Shown here in pieces: positions 10,297 through 20,925 of a stretch of DNA of 64,000 nt. Origin of the DNA: an uncultured Chloroflexia bacterium. GTDB lineage: Bacteria; Chloroflexota; Limnocylindria; Limnocylindrales; CSP1-4. The stretch is from the NCBI GenBank assembly GCA_963768655.1, contig CAVYIM010000004.1, positions 416,001 to 480,000 on the forward strand, given 5' to 3'. Numbering within the stretch: position 1 is the first letter of the stretch; every line of letters begins with the position of its first letter. Position numbers and translations under genes: made by a program. The notes under the pieces are model-generated. The model did no database searches. It worked only from the letters and a program-made list of their open reading frames with translations, and was not told the origin of the DNA.

Positions 10297-11142
10297 TCAG
10301 TCGCGGAGATCGATGTAGACCGGGGCGTGGTCGGAAGGGAGCTGGCCCTTGCGCGCGTCGCGGTCGATCTCGGCTGCGGTGCAGCGAGCGGCCACGGAGC
10401 GGGTGGCGTAGAGGTGGTCGATGCGCATCCCCAGGCCCTTGTGGAAGTTGCCGGCGCGGTAGTCCCACCAGCTGAACTTTCCCGGCTCGGGGTGGTGGAG
10501 CCGGTAGGCGTCGACCAGGCCCCAGTCGCGGAGGGCGGCGACGGCCGTCCGTTCGGGCTCGGAGACGTGCGTGGCGCCGGCGAAGTCGCGCGGGTCGTAG
10601 ACGTCCATGTCTTCGGGCGCGACGTTGAAGTCGCCGCCGATGACGAGCGCGCCGGCCGGATTCTGGGTCTCGCGCAGCCAGCGGGCCAGGCGGTCGAACC
10701 AGGCCAGCTTGGCTCGATAGAACGGCGTGTCCAGGGCTCGACCGTTGGGGGCGTAGATGCTGACGACGCGCACGCGACCACAGACCGCCGAGATCATCCG
10801 CGCCTCGTCGCCGGGAGCCACGGACGCCTCGGCCTCGATGGCATCCGCGATCGCGGCGGTGGCAGACTCGGGCCCGGGTGAGCGGCGGACCGGCCCGTCG
10901 CCGAAGTTGGTGACGACGTCCTCGATCCCGACGCGGCTCGCGATGGCGACGCCGTTCCAGCGCCCCTCGCCGTGGTGGGCCAGTTCGTAGCCGGCCATCT
11001 GGAATGGCATGTCCGGGGCGGCCTCATCGGCGAGCTTGGTCTCCTGCATCAGCAGCACGTCGGGGGAGCGCTGGGCGAGCCACTCCTCGACCCGCGGCAG
11101 CCGGGCCTTCAGCGAGTTGACGTTCCAGGTCGCGATGCGCAT
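10297..11142 (-). CDS. xth: Exodeoxyribonuclease III / AP endonuclease
   Basis: MRIATWNVNS, QETK, GDFNVAP, SWWDYR, RIDH and SDHAP motifs. Confidence 0.95.
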   Translation of the reverse strand: MRIATWNVNSLKARLPRVEEWLAQRSPDVLLMQETKLADEAAPDMPFQMAGYELAHHGEGRWNGVAIASRVGIEDVVTNFGDGPVRRSPGPESATAAIADAIEAEASVAPGDEARMISAVCGRVRVVSIYAPNGRALDTPFYRAKLAWFDRLARWLRETQNPAGALVIGGDFNVAPEDMDVYDPRDFAGATHVSEPERTAVAALRDWGLVDAYRLHHPEPGKFSWWDYRAGNFHKGLGMRIDHLYATRSVAARCTAAEIDRDARKGQLPSDHAPVYIDLRD

Positions 11143-11158
11143 CCGATCCCTCCCGCGG

Positions 11159-11569
11159 CTACTTCCGAAGCGCGATCAGCGCCCGCAGGAACGGTTCGAC
11201 CGCCGCCAGGTCGTCCGAGTCGCCGACGTCGAACCCGAGCGCGAAGCCTTCTCCGAACTTCCGTGCCGATTCGAGCTGCTCATGCACGCCGTCGCCCACT
11301 GCCGGGTCGGCCAGCAACGCGTCTCGTTCGGTCTCGCGGATCGCCATGCTGACGGTGAACGAGCCCAACAACGGAGTCAGGTACCACAGCGCCTTCTGGC
11401 CGTCGTGGACCTTGAGCACCCAGCCGCTGCTGTTGCTGAAGCTCCAGTCGCGCTTGAACGAGCCGGCCATCTCCATGACCGAGCGCATCGGGGGCCAGGC
11501 GCTCGCGAGCCGGGCCTCCAGGGCTTCATCGGTGGGCGGATTGGTGCCGTCGGCGTACGTTCGAAGCAC
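11159..11569 (-). CDS. DUF3788-like protein
   Basis: W.F....GW.LK....KAL.YL.P..G.F pattern. GGAGG SD. Confidence 0.65.
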   Translation of the reverse strand: MLRTYADGTNPPTDEALEARLASAWPPMRSVMEMAGSFKRDWSFSNSSGWVLKVHDGQKALWYLTPLLGSFTVSMAIRETERDALLADPAVGDGVHEQLESARKFGEGFALGFDVGDSDDLAAVEPFLRALIALRK

Positions 11570-11597
11570 CGCAGTCCTCCGCTGTATGTTGGTCCGC

Positions 11598-12284
11598 CTA
11601 GTAGCGCCGGCCCTTCTGCCGGGCGAAGTCGAACTTGGCCGTGTCGGCGATGCCCATGACCGCCATCGTGCCGGCCTGGACCGGGTCAGTGACCACCAGG
11701 TCCGCCACGTCCGTCACGGTGCCGACCATGTTCAGCGAAATGACCGGGATGCCGAGGGCCTGGATCTCCTGGACCGCTTTGGTGATGTCGCCGCCCATGA
11801 TCGAGCCGGCGAGCAGCAGCGCCCGCGCCCGGTCGAGGTCGGCTACTGCGCGGACGGCCGAGGCCAGGTTCTCCTCACCGACGAGCGGAATAGTGTCGAC
11901 GCTGATCTTCTCGCCGCGGAGGTTGTGGCGATCCGCCTCGCTGACCGCCCCGAGCACGGCCTGGGCGATCTGTGCCCCACCACCGATGACGATGAGCCGC
12001 TTGCCGAAGACCTTGTCCAGGGACTTGGTCTTGCGGCAGCCGCGCAGGTTCGGAACCTCGCCGAGGACCTCGGTGACGCGTTCGTCGGGCAGCCCTTCGA
12101 CCTCCAGCTCTATCTCGACCAGGGGTCCCGCCTCGGCGTCGGTCCAGCGGCGAACGGTGCTGAGAGTCCGGACGGTGCCGCCGGCCGCGGCCACGTGGCT
12201 GGCGATCTCCGCGATCGCGGCCGGGCGGTCGGCGTAGTCGAGGCGGACGGCGACGGTTGGGGCGGTGTGCTCCGGACGTGCCAC
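11598..12284 (-). CDS. ACT domain plus DUF5612 protein (AF1403/MJ1458-like)
   Basis: GKRLIVIGGGAQIAQ...EADRHNLRGEKISVDTIPLVGE...LAGSIMGG...SLNMVG...DPVQAG. Confidence 0.85.
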   Translation of the reverse strand: MARPEHTAPTVAVRLDYADRPAAIAEIASHVAAAGGTVRTLSTVRRWTDAEAGPLVEIELEVEGLPDERVTEVLGEVPNLRGCRKTKSLDKVFGKRLIVIGGGAQIAQAVLGAVSEADRHNLRGEKISVDTIPLVGEENLASAVRAVADLDRARALLLAGSIMGGDITKAVQEIQALGIPVISLNMVGTVTDVADLVVTDPVQAGTMAVMGIADTAKFDFARQKGRRY

Positions 12285-12285
12285 G

Positions 12286-12567
12286 TCAGCGGCTCCCGCC
12301 CATGCCGCGATCGGTCAGGCCCGTCGCCCGCGACATGTCGTCGAGCGTCATTCCGGCCGAGTCGTCGTGCTCTTCGAAGGCGAGCTTCAACGACTCGAAT
12401 GCCTTGCGCGTCCCGGCCGCGTCGCTCGTGGTCAGCATGAGCGCGCCGTCGGTGTCCTCGGCGACCCCGACGATGGCGGTGATGTTGATGCCCTTGTCGC
12501 CGAGGGCCGCCGCCATCCGTGCCAGGGCCCCGGGCTTGTCGTCCAGCTGAACGGTGAACCAGATCAC
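12286..12567 (-). CDS. Stand-alone ACT domain protein
   Basis: LDDKPGALARMAAALGDKGINI. AGGAGG SD before GTG 12567. Confidence 0.88.
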   Translation of the reverse strand: MIWFTVQLDDKPGALARMAAALGDKGINITAIVGVAEDTDGALMLTTSDAAGTRKAFESLKLAFEEHDDSAGMTLDDMSRATGLTDRGMGGSR

Positions 12568-12720
12568 ACCGCACCTCCTGCGTGGATGGTAGCGGCCGCG
12601 CGGCACGAAGGGGAGGGGACTGGACGAGGGTGGGGCATTAGGATGATCCGTGGTGGGCCTCGAACCGGCGATCGCCTCGCGAACCCTCGGCGTCGGAGGC
12701 GATTGAATGGAGGAATCGGC

Positions 12721-13353
12721 ATGCGGCTCCTGGAGACGCACTTTGGCATTCCATTGGGCGGTCCCAGCCGTCGGCCATTCGAGGCAGCCCCCGACGGACA
12801 AGCGACGATCGCGATCAGCTCCGAGGGACAAGTCCTCGCGACCTTCCCAGCGCCCACAGCGTCGACGCGTTGGACGGAATCGGGGCCGATGATGGTCGAG
12901 GGGCGGAGAATCATCTTTGGGGCCAGGTACATCAGCGGAATAACCTCGGCGGTCGAGTTGGAGTGGTTCCTCGACGGTTTGAGCTGGAACAAACGCCCGA
13001 TCGAGGAGTTCCGAGCGGCGGCCAAGGTGAAAGGGGCGGGGAGCCTCGCCTTCGCAGAGCTGTTCGTGTCGTGGGCGCCGTGGATGGGGCTGATCGGGGT
13101 GGCGCGAGGAATCGGCCCGGCCATCAGCGAGCGCAGTGCCCCGGCCATCGGCGTCGGTCTGGCTGTCTACTTCGTGGCCGCCCTAGTCGCGGCCAACATT
13201 GGCGGCCGGGCCCTGGCAAGAGCGAAGAAGTCACAGCAGCTCGTGGGTCTCAAGGCTGGCCTGATCGCCTTGGGAGTGTTCGTCTTCTGCGGAGCCGTGG
13301 TGCTGGGGGTCTTTCTTGGGCCGTTGCGGCCTTGGCTCCTCGTCTCCAAGTAG
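12721..13353 (+). CDS. Hypothetical membrane protein (about 3 C-terminal TM helices)
   Basis: GGAGGA SD and hydrophobic C-terminal half. Confidence 0.7.
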   Translation: MRLLETHFGIPLGGPSRRPFEAAPDGQATIAISSEGQVLATFPAPTASTRWTESGPMMVEGRRIIFGARYISGITSAVELEWFLDGLSWNKRPIEEFRAAAKVKGAGSLAFAELFVSWAPWMGLIGVARGIGPAISERSAPAIGVGLAVYFVAALVAANIGGRALARAKKSQQLVGLKAGLIALGVFVFCGAVVLGVFLGPLRPWLLVSK

Positions 13354-13509
13354 CGCCTACGTCGCGGCGTGGATTCGGTTCGATCTGGTTGACCGGGCGA
13401 CGCACGTCGGGTCGCCGATCCTGCGACTATCATTCGCCGCGTCCGGCGAGGTTGGTGCGCCGATCCTCGCGCTCGCAATGCAGCGGCCCAACCCGTTACG
13501 CTTCTCGCC

Positions 13510-13884
13510 ATGCCCGCTCCAGCCGGTCCCACCGTCCAGATGTTTGGGCTCGTCAATTCGCGCCCGACCCAGGCCGCGCTGCGGTTCTTCAAGGAGCGCC
13601 GTGTCAACGTCGGGTTCGTGGACCTGCGCCGCAAGCCGATCGCGCCCGGGGAGTTGCGCCATTTCGTGGAGCGGCTCGGCGCCGCCGCGCTGCTGGACGC
13701 CGAGGGGCGCCAGTACAGGGAACTGGGTCTCGCCTACATGAGCCTGGGCGACGACGAGGTCGTGGAGCGGCTGCTCGCCAACAATGGGCTGCTGCGGCTG
13801 CCCCTCGTCCGCTTCGGCAACGCGTTCACCGTCGGCCCGGCCGACGCCACGTGGAAGGCCTGGCTGGCGGGCACGGCGAAGTAG
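13510..13884 (+). CDS. ArsC/Spx/YffB family protein lacking catalytic Cys
   Basis: ALRFFKER, VDL..KP...GEL, LLRLPLVR.G. Confidence 0.85.
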   Translation: MPAPAGPTVQMFGLVNSRPTQAALRFFKERRVNVGFVDLRRKPIAPGELRHFVERLGAAALLDAEGRQYRELGLAYMSLGDDEVVERLLANNGLLRLPLVRFGNAFTVGPADATWKAWLAGTAK

Positions 13885-13964
13885 CCCGAGGCGCGCGGCG
13901 ACCCGCCGGGTGGAACGGGTCGCGCTTTCAGGGTTCCGCTAGGAATCGGCCATAAGGTAAGGGC

Positions 13965-14444
13965 ATGGCCGAAACATCAAAGGATGCCGTAACGTTCGAC
14001 GACGTCGCGGCCCACGCTCAGGCGCTCGGCCGGCTGATGCCGAGCGGGCCGCCAGGATGGGCTTCCCACGACCTGACGTTCGGTCAGCTGCGGCTCCTCT
14101 TCGTGCTCCGCCAATCGGGTTCCGTCTCTATCGGGCAGCTGGCCGACAGGTTGGGCGTCACGGACGCCACGGCCTCCGAGTTCGTCGATCGAGTCGAGCG
14201 CCGCGGGCTGGCGACGCGGATCCACCGCGCCGACGACCGGCGCGTCGTCGACTGCCGGCTCAGCGACGACGGCGCTCGCTTGCTGGCGGAGATCCAGGGC
14301 GCCCGGCAGGACGCGATGCGACGGGTGCTTGCCCTGCTGGCCCCGGACGAGCTGGCGCAGTTCGATCACCTTCTCCAGATCATGGCCGAGCGTTTGTCGG
14401 CCTCAGCCCCAACTTCGGCTTCGACAGAAGGAGCGACCAGGTGA
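13965..14444 (+). CDS. MarR family transcriptional regulator
   Basis: LTFGQLRLL, LADRLGV, DDRRVV winged helix. Confidence 0.92.
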   Translation: MAETSKDAVTFDDVAAHAQALGRLMPSGPPGWASHDLTFGQLRLLFVLRQSGSVSIGQLADRLGVTDATASEFVDRVERRGLATRIHRADDRRVVDCRLSDDGARLLAEIQGARQDAMRRVLALLAPDELAQFDHLLQIMAERLSASAPTSASTEGATR

Positions 14445-14496
14445 ATCTCGGAACGCCACCCACGTGTCCGGCGGGAGATGCCGGCGGAGGATGGGC

Positions 14497-15584
<1,088 letters not shown>

Positions 15585-15588
<4 letters not shown>

Positions 15589-16394
15589 GGCTCTTCTTCT
15601 CCGGACTGAGAAAGCTCGTCAGGCGACCGGCAACCTGGGTCACCGTCGGCCTGCTGATCGGCCTCCTGGCGCTGATCATCATTGCCGTCGGGGCGGGGGC
15701 AGGTGGGCGCGGGGCCCGCGCCAGCGGTGCCGACCCCAAGCTCCTGGTCACATTCCCGGGCGCGTACGACAGGATTCTGCAGTTCATCACGGGTCTCGGC
15801 GGTCTCTTCGCGGTGATCTACGGCGCCGCGATCGCGGGCTCCGAGTGGGGTTGGGGGACCTTCAAGGCCGCCGTGGCGCGGGGCGAGAGCCGGGTCCAGT
15901 ACATGCTTGCGTCGTACGCCTCCATCGCGGTCATGATCGCTTTCGGGATCCTGATTACCTTCGCCGTCGGCGTGATCGCGGCGATCATCGGGGCGAACCT
16001 GGCGAACGTTTCGACCAGCGGCCTGGGGGATTCCGCGACGCTGAGCGATCTGCCGGAGCGGCTTCTCAGGGGCTGGCTCGCGGTCGTGGAAGAAGGAGCC
16101 CTGGGCTTCACGATCGCCACTCTGGCCCGCAGCCAGCTGGCCGGCATCGGGGCCGGCATCGCCTTCTACTTCGGCGAGGGCTTCGCCAGCATCTTCCTGC
16201 CCGACATCGTCAAGTACCTGCCGTTCAGCGTCGCCAACGCGTCGTTGGTCACGGGCACGAGCACCGCGGGTGTGTTCGGCGGCGGCGCGAGCGCTCTTCC
16301 GGCCGACCAGGCGCAGGTGCTGGTGGTCGTCTGGCTGGTCGGGGCCCTGGTAGTGGCCGCGCTCTTCTCAGACCGCGCTGAGATAGCCGGCTAG
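15585..16394 (+). CDS. ABC-2 type permease
   Basis: About 6 TM helices, GSEWGWGT motif, ATGA overlap with the ATPase gene. Confidence 0.88.
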
Positions 16395-16576
16395 AGGCTC
16401 GTTCGGGTTGCCTCGCGAAGTCGTTGGCCGCCGCGGCGCGATCGCCGAAGGTGGGGCTTCTGGGCCACCCGTTCCGGCGGCTGATCCTGCGGTTCGATCA
16501 GCCGATCCCTAGGGAGTCGACCGCACGGTCGTGCCACCGGCGTGGCATCCTCTGCGAGTACGATCAGGAGTGATAG

Positions 16577-17560
16577 ATGCCTCATTCGCAGAACAAGAGG
16601 GAAAAGGGCGGCAGCCGGCCGACCGGGAAGGGACGACCCCAGCCCTCGAGACCAGCACCTTCGCAGTCCCAGGCGCCCGCGGGCCCCGCCGCCCCGCATT
16701 CCGCGCCGGAAGCCGTCCCCGTCGCGAACCACAATGGCGCTCACAACGGCAATGGCAACGGCAACCACGAGCGCCGTCGCAGTGGCCGCGTGACCTACCG
16801 GCCCAAGGCGACCGAGATGCTTACCGTTCACGCCCGAACGGAGGACGAGCGGCTTCTATCGCCACGGGAGCGGCCGGCCTTCCTTGACTCCGACCCATGG
16901 CGCTCGTTGCGGATCATGTCCGAGTTCGTGGAAGGGTTCGATGCCCTGGCGGCCGTCGGCAAGGCGATCACCATCTTCGGCTCGGCCCGGACCAAGGAGG
17001 GTGACCCCTACTACGCCAAGGCGCGCGAGCTGGCGGCCAACCTCGCCCGCGCGGGCTTCGCCGTCATCACCGGCGGCGGGCCGGGCATCATGGAGGCCGC
17101 CAACCGCGGCTGCCACGAGGCCGGCGGGCTCTCGATCGGCTGCAACATCGAACTGCCGCACGAGCAGGCGGTCAACCCGTACGTCGATCTGGGCGTCGAG
17201 TTCCGATACTTCTTCGCGCGCAAGGTGATGTTCGTCAAGTACGCCGACGGCTTCGCCATCTTCCCCGGCGGCTTCGGCACGCTCGACGAGCTGTTCGAGT
17301 CGCTGACGCTCATCCAGACGGGCAAGATCCGCCACTTCCCGGTGGTTCTGATCGGCACGGCGTACTGGGCCGGCCTGCTCGACTGGCTGCGCCGCGATCC
17401 GACCGCGCACGGAAACATCGCGCCCGAGGACCCCGATCTCCTGGTTTGCACCGACGACATGGACGAGGCCTGCCGGCTGCTGACGGCAGGTTTCACGCGT
17501 CGGGCCGCGGAGGCGGCGAAGGCAGACAAGGCGGCCGGACGGACGGTGGGCTCGAAGTAG
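16577..17560 (+). CDS. LOG (Lonely Guy)/TIGR00730 family nucleotide phosphoribohydrolase with disordered N-terminus
   Basis: IFGSART, TGGGPGIMEAAN, YFFARK, PGGFGTLDE. Confidence 0.92.
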   Translation: MPHSQNKREKGGSRPTGKGRPQPSRPAPSQSQAPAGPAAPHSAPEAVPVANHNGAHNGNGNGNHERRRSGRVTYRPKATEMLTVHARTEDERLLSPRERPAFLDSDPWRSLRIMSEFVEGFDALAAVGKAITIFGSARTKEGDPYYAKARELAANLARAGFAVITGGGPGIMEAANRGCHEAGGLSIGCNIELPHEQAVNPYVDLGVEFRYFFARKVMFVKYADGFAIFPGGFGTLDELFESLTLIQTGKIRHFPVVLIGTAYWAGLLDWLRRDPTAHGNIAPEDPDLLVCTDDMDEACRLLTAGFTRRAAEAAKADKAAGRTVGSK

Positions 17561-17664
17561 ACGCCGACCCAGCAGGCCGACGGCTTGTCGAGAGGGTCCA
17601 ACCCTGGACGACGCGGGATCGAGAGGCTAAGGTCACGCGTGTTAGCTCGCGCTGGGGGATCGAG

Positions 17665-18021
17665 ATGTTCCTGGTCTTTGTCCTTGCGTTGTTCCTGCTC
17701 CTGCCGGCGATCATCTGCGCCGGGCTGGCGCCCGACCGTGGTCGCAGCGGGGGCTTGTGGTTCGTGCTCGGGCTGATCTTCGGCTGGGTGGCGCTGCTGG
17801 TTCTGGCCGTGGTGCCGGCCGAGACGTCGTCCGCCGAGACCTACCGTCCCCAGCGCCACTATCGCCGGCCACTCACGGCCGAGCAGCTGGTCGTCTGCCC
17901 GTCGTGCCGTTCGACCGTTAGTCCGGGCGGGTCCTGCGCGGCGTGCGGAGAGCCGTTGCCGGAGCCACTACGACGGCCGAGCCGGGAACCGGTGGTCGAC
18001 CCGAGCTGGCGCGGAGACTGA
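17665..18021 (+). CDS. Small membrane protein with C-terminal zinc ribbon
   Basis: RGRSGGLWFVLGLIFGWVALLVL and CPSC...CAACG. Confidence 0.7.
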   Translation: MFLVFVLALFLLLPAIICAGLAPDRGRSGGLWFVLGLIFGWVALLVLAVVPAETSSAETYRPQRHYRRPLTAEQLVVCPSCRSTVSPGGSCAACGEPLPEPLRRPSREPVVDPSWRGD

Positions 18022-18054
18022 CCGACTGGCTCCACCGCAGACGAAACCACCGCG

Positions 18055-19128
18055 TCACTCCGGCAGGATCGGAATCTGGGCCTCGAGGCGGCCGTCGCGG
18101 ATGCGGGCGGGGTAGTAGCGCAGACGATTGACTCGGGTGAGACGTCGAGCCTCGAGCTTCTTGGACGGCGGCTCGAGTTTGAGCTCCGCACCGGATGGCG
18201 ACCACGGGGAGTGGTAGTTGCCATCCGCGTCGAGCCCGCCGGTCGTCGGCATCCGGACCGTCTCGCCGGTGGCCAGGTCGAACCTTCCCTCGTGCAGTGG
18301 ACACGCCACGACGCAGCCATTCAGGCTCCCGATCGAAAGTGGCGCCGCCATGTGCGGGCAGCGGTCGTCGGTGACGACGATGCCGGCCGGGGTCCACGCC
18401 ACCAGCAGATCCAGGTCCGCCAGCGTGACCCGCCGCATCGAACCGGGCCTCAGCTCGGCAATCGTGGCGACCTCCACGAACGGCGCCGCCCGCGTGCCGG
18501 GGGCGCGCAACTCGCGCGGCACGGCGGCGAGGGCCACGTCCGCCGGAGTGGCGTCGGCCGCGAGCGCTTCCGCCAGATCCTCGGGCGTCATCGAGTACAT
18601 GACGGCGTCTGCCGGTTGGCCGTCTCGACCCGACGTCCAGTTGCGGGCCAGTCCCTCGAAGCGGAACCCGGCGTTCTCGGCGACTGCCTGGGAGGCCACG
18701 TTGCCGGGCAGCGTCCACAGGGCCAGACGCTCTATGTAGATGTGCTCGAAACCCCACTTCGTCACCAGCCGCAGGGCTCGGGATGCGACTCCTCGCCGCC
18801 GGGCCTCCGGGGCGACCAGGTAGCCGATCGCATGCAGGCGCGGGTTCGGTCCCAGGTGGAGCCCGATCGAGCCGATGAACCTGTCGGTGGCGGCGTCCAC
18901 GATCGCGAACTCGTAGCCCGTTCCGTCATGCCAGGCCTGGAGAGTCATCAGGATGAAGCGCCGGGCATCGGCCTCGGTGTAGGGCACCGGGATGATCGGG
19001 ATCCAGCGCTGAATCTCAGGGTCCTGGCAGGCGATCGTGACAGCCGGCGCGTCGCCGGCCCGGTACGGTCGGAGGACGACGATGCCGTCACTGAGCGGCG
19101 GGTTGGGCGGAGTGAGCTTCTCGGACAT
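18055..19128 (-). CDS. RimJ/RimL-type GNAT acetyltransferase fused to a Rieske [2Fe-2S] domain
   Basis: ARRRGVASRAL, NVASQAVAENAGF, then CPH...CPLHEGRF. Confidence 0.88.
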   Translation of the reverse strand: MSEKLTPPNPPLSDGIVVLRPYRAGDAPAVTIACQDPEIQRWIPIIPVPYTEADARRFILMTLQAWHDGTGYEFAIVDAATDRFIGSIGLHLGPNPRLHAIGYLVAPEARRRGVASRALRLVTKWGFEHIYIERLALWTLPGNVASQAVAENAGFRFEGLARNWTSGRDGQPADAVMYSMTPEDLAEALAADATPADVALAAVPRELRAPGTRAAPFVEVATIAELRPGSMRRVTLADLDLLVAWTPAGIVVTDDRCPHMAAPLSIGSLNGCVVACPLHEGRFDLATGETVRMPTTGGLDADGNYHSPWSPSGAELKLEPPSKKLEARRLTRVNRLRYYPARIRDGRLEAQIPILPE

Positions 19129-19414
19129 GGGCAAAGTATGCCGCGTCTGGTGGTGGGGGCTGGCTCACGCCACGGCCGTGACCATGCCGGAATAGGAAGG
19201 CGGGCCGGTGAGGGGGAGCCGGCCCGCCTGGGGGAATGCACAGCATTCGCCTTACGCCGATGCCCGATAGGGGTCCGCCCCCATACGGACCCGGGCAGTC
19301 TAGCCCTAAGCGCGACTTTCTGCATCGCCTTTGCGGCATCGCCGAGTCGGATGCATGATCCTCCACGGGCGGCCCCGGTCGCCCAGCCGAGGTATTGCCA
19401 CGCTGGAGGATGCA

Positions 19415-20368
19415 ATGCGCATCGCGCTAATGCTCGAGCCGCAGCAGGGCCTGACCTACCTGGAGCAGCTGGAGATCGCCAGGCTGGCCGAGAGGCTCGG
19501 CTTCGAGGCGCTGTTTCGCTCGGACCACTACCGCAGCTTCCCCGGCCCGGCGAATCGACCGACGACCGACGCGTGGGCGGTTCTGGCGGGCATCGCCCGC
19601 GAGACCACGACCATTCGTCTGGGCACGCTGGTCTCACCGGTAACCTTCCGCCATCCCGGGTCGTTCGCCAAGGTGGTGACCACGGTCGACGAGATGAGCG
19701 GCGGTCGCGTCGAAGTGGGCGTGGGGGCCGGTTGGAACGACCCCGAGCACAGCGAGCTGGGCCTGCCGTTTCCCGAGGTTGCCAGGCGTGTCGACCTGAT
19801 GGAGGACGAGCTGGCGATCCTGCACGGCCTGTGGGAGGAGCCGGACGGCTGGTCGTTCGAGGGCAGGCAGGTTTCGATAGTGGGCGCCGGCTTCCATCCC
19901 AAGCCGGTTCAAAGGCCACACCCGCCGATCATCGTCGGCGGCGAAGGCCGACCCCGATCGCTCCGTCTCGCCGCTCACTACGCCGACGAGTACAACATGT
20001 CGGGCGCCGACCCGGCCGAGTGCAGCGAGAAGTTCGCCCTGCTGGACGAGGAATGCCGGAAGATCGGCCGAGATCCGGCGACCATGCGCCGGTCCGTGAT
20101 GGCCGGCTTCCTCCTCGGTGCCGACCAGGTCGAGTTCGAGCGGCGCGTCCACGACCTGCTGGCCATGGTCGGGAGCTCGGGAGCCGACGCCTCGGCCATG
20201 CTGGAAGAGCACCGGTCGCGCTGGATCGTCGGGACGCCCGACCAGGCCCGGGCCATGGTCGCTCGTTTCGCCGCCGCGGGCGCGGAACGGATCATGCTCC
20301 AGGACATGCTGCCACGCGACCACGGCATGATCGAGCTGGCCGCCCGCGAACTGATCGGCAAAGTCTGA
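19415..20368 (+). CDS. LLM-class, probably F420-dependent oxidoreductase (Rv1855c-like)
   Basis: EPQQG, FRSDHY, TDAW.VLAG.ARET, KPVQRPHPPIIVGG. Confidence 0.9.
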   Translation: MRIALMLEPQQGLTYLEQLEIARLAERLGFEALFRSDHYRSFPGPANRPTTDAWAVLAGIARETTTIRLGTLVSPVTFRHPGSFAKVVTTVDEMSGGRVEVGVGAGWNDPEHSELGLPFPEVARRVDLMEDELAILHGLWEEPDGWSFEGRQVSIVGAGFHPKPVQRPHPPIIVGGEGRPRSLRLAAHYADEYNMSGADPAECSEKFALLDEECRKIGRDPATMRRSVMAGFLLGADQVEFERRVHDLLAMVGSSGADASAMLEEHRSRWIVGTPDQARAMVARFAAAGAERIMLQDMLPRDHGMIELAARELIGKV

Positions 20369-20435
20369 GGTCACGGCGTGGGGCGGGCCGGCTGCCGCGG
20401 GGACGGCCGGCCGCGTGGTCGGCCGACAGCCAGAG

Positions 20436-20885
20436 CTACTTCCGGAGCTTGCCCTTCGAGGCGATGCTGGCGCGCGCCCTGGCACTGCTGGCCCGGCGCC
20501 GCGGGATGAGCCCGATCCGGCGCGGCGGCCAGTAGCGGAACCACGCCCGCCCCACCAGCGCCTCGAGCGGGACCGCCCCGTAGTGCCTCGAGTCGACGGA
20601 ATGGCCGCCGCCGTCGCCGAGCAGCCACGCCTCGTCGGCGAGCTTGACGTACTCGGCTCCAGCCAGCACCACGTCGCCGGGACCGGCGGCCAACCGCTTG
20701 ATGGCGAGCTGCCCCGTCCCCGGCTGGCGCACCACGACGACGCTTCCGCGCCGGGGCCATCGGCGGGGCACAGGATCCAGGAACAGCCAATCGCCCGGCT
20801 GGAGGGCCGGCGTCATGCTCTCCTCGGCCACGGCCACGCGCCACGGCCCGCGCCGGAGCCGGCGCCACGTGTCGGCGATGCTCAT
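20436..20885 (-). CDS. sodX: Ni-SOD maturation protease (S26 family)
   Basis: SMTPALQPGD, IKRL, LGD...SVDSRHYG. Directly downstream of sodN. Confidence 0.88.
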   Translation of the reverse strand: MSIADTWRRLRRGPWRVAVAEESMTPALQPGDWLFLDPVPRRWPRRGSVVVVRQPGTGQLAIKRLAAGPGDVVLAGAEYVKLADEAWLLGDGGGHSVDSRHYGAVPLEALVGRAWFRYWPPRRIGLIPRRRASSARARASIASKGKLRK

Positions 20886-20925
20886 TGGCGGCTCCCCCCG
20901 GACGGTGCGGCTGCGGCTCGATCGG

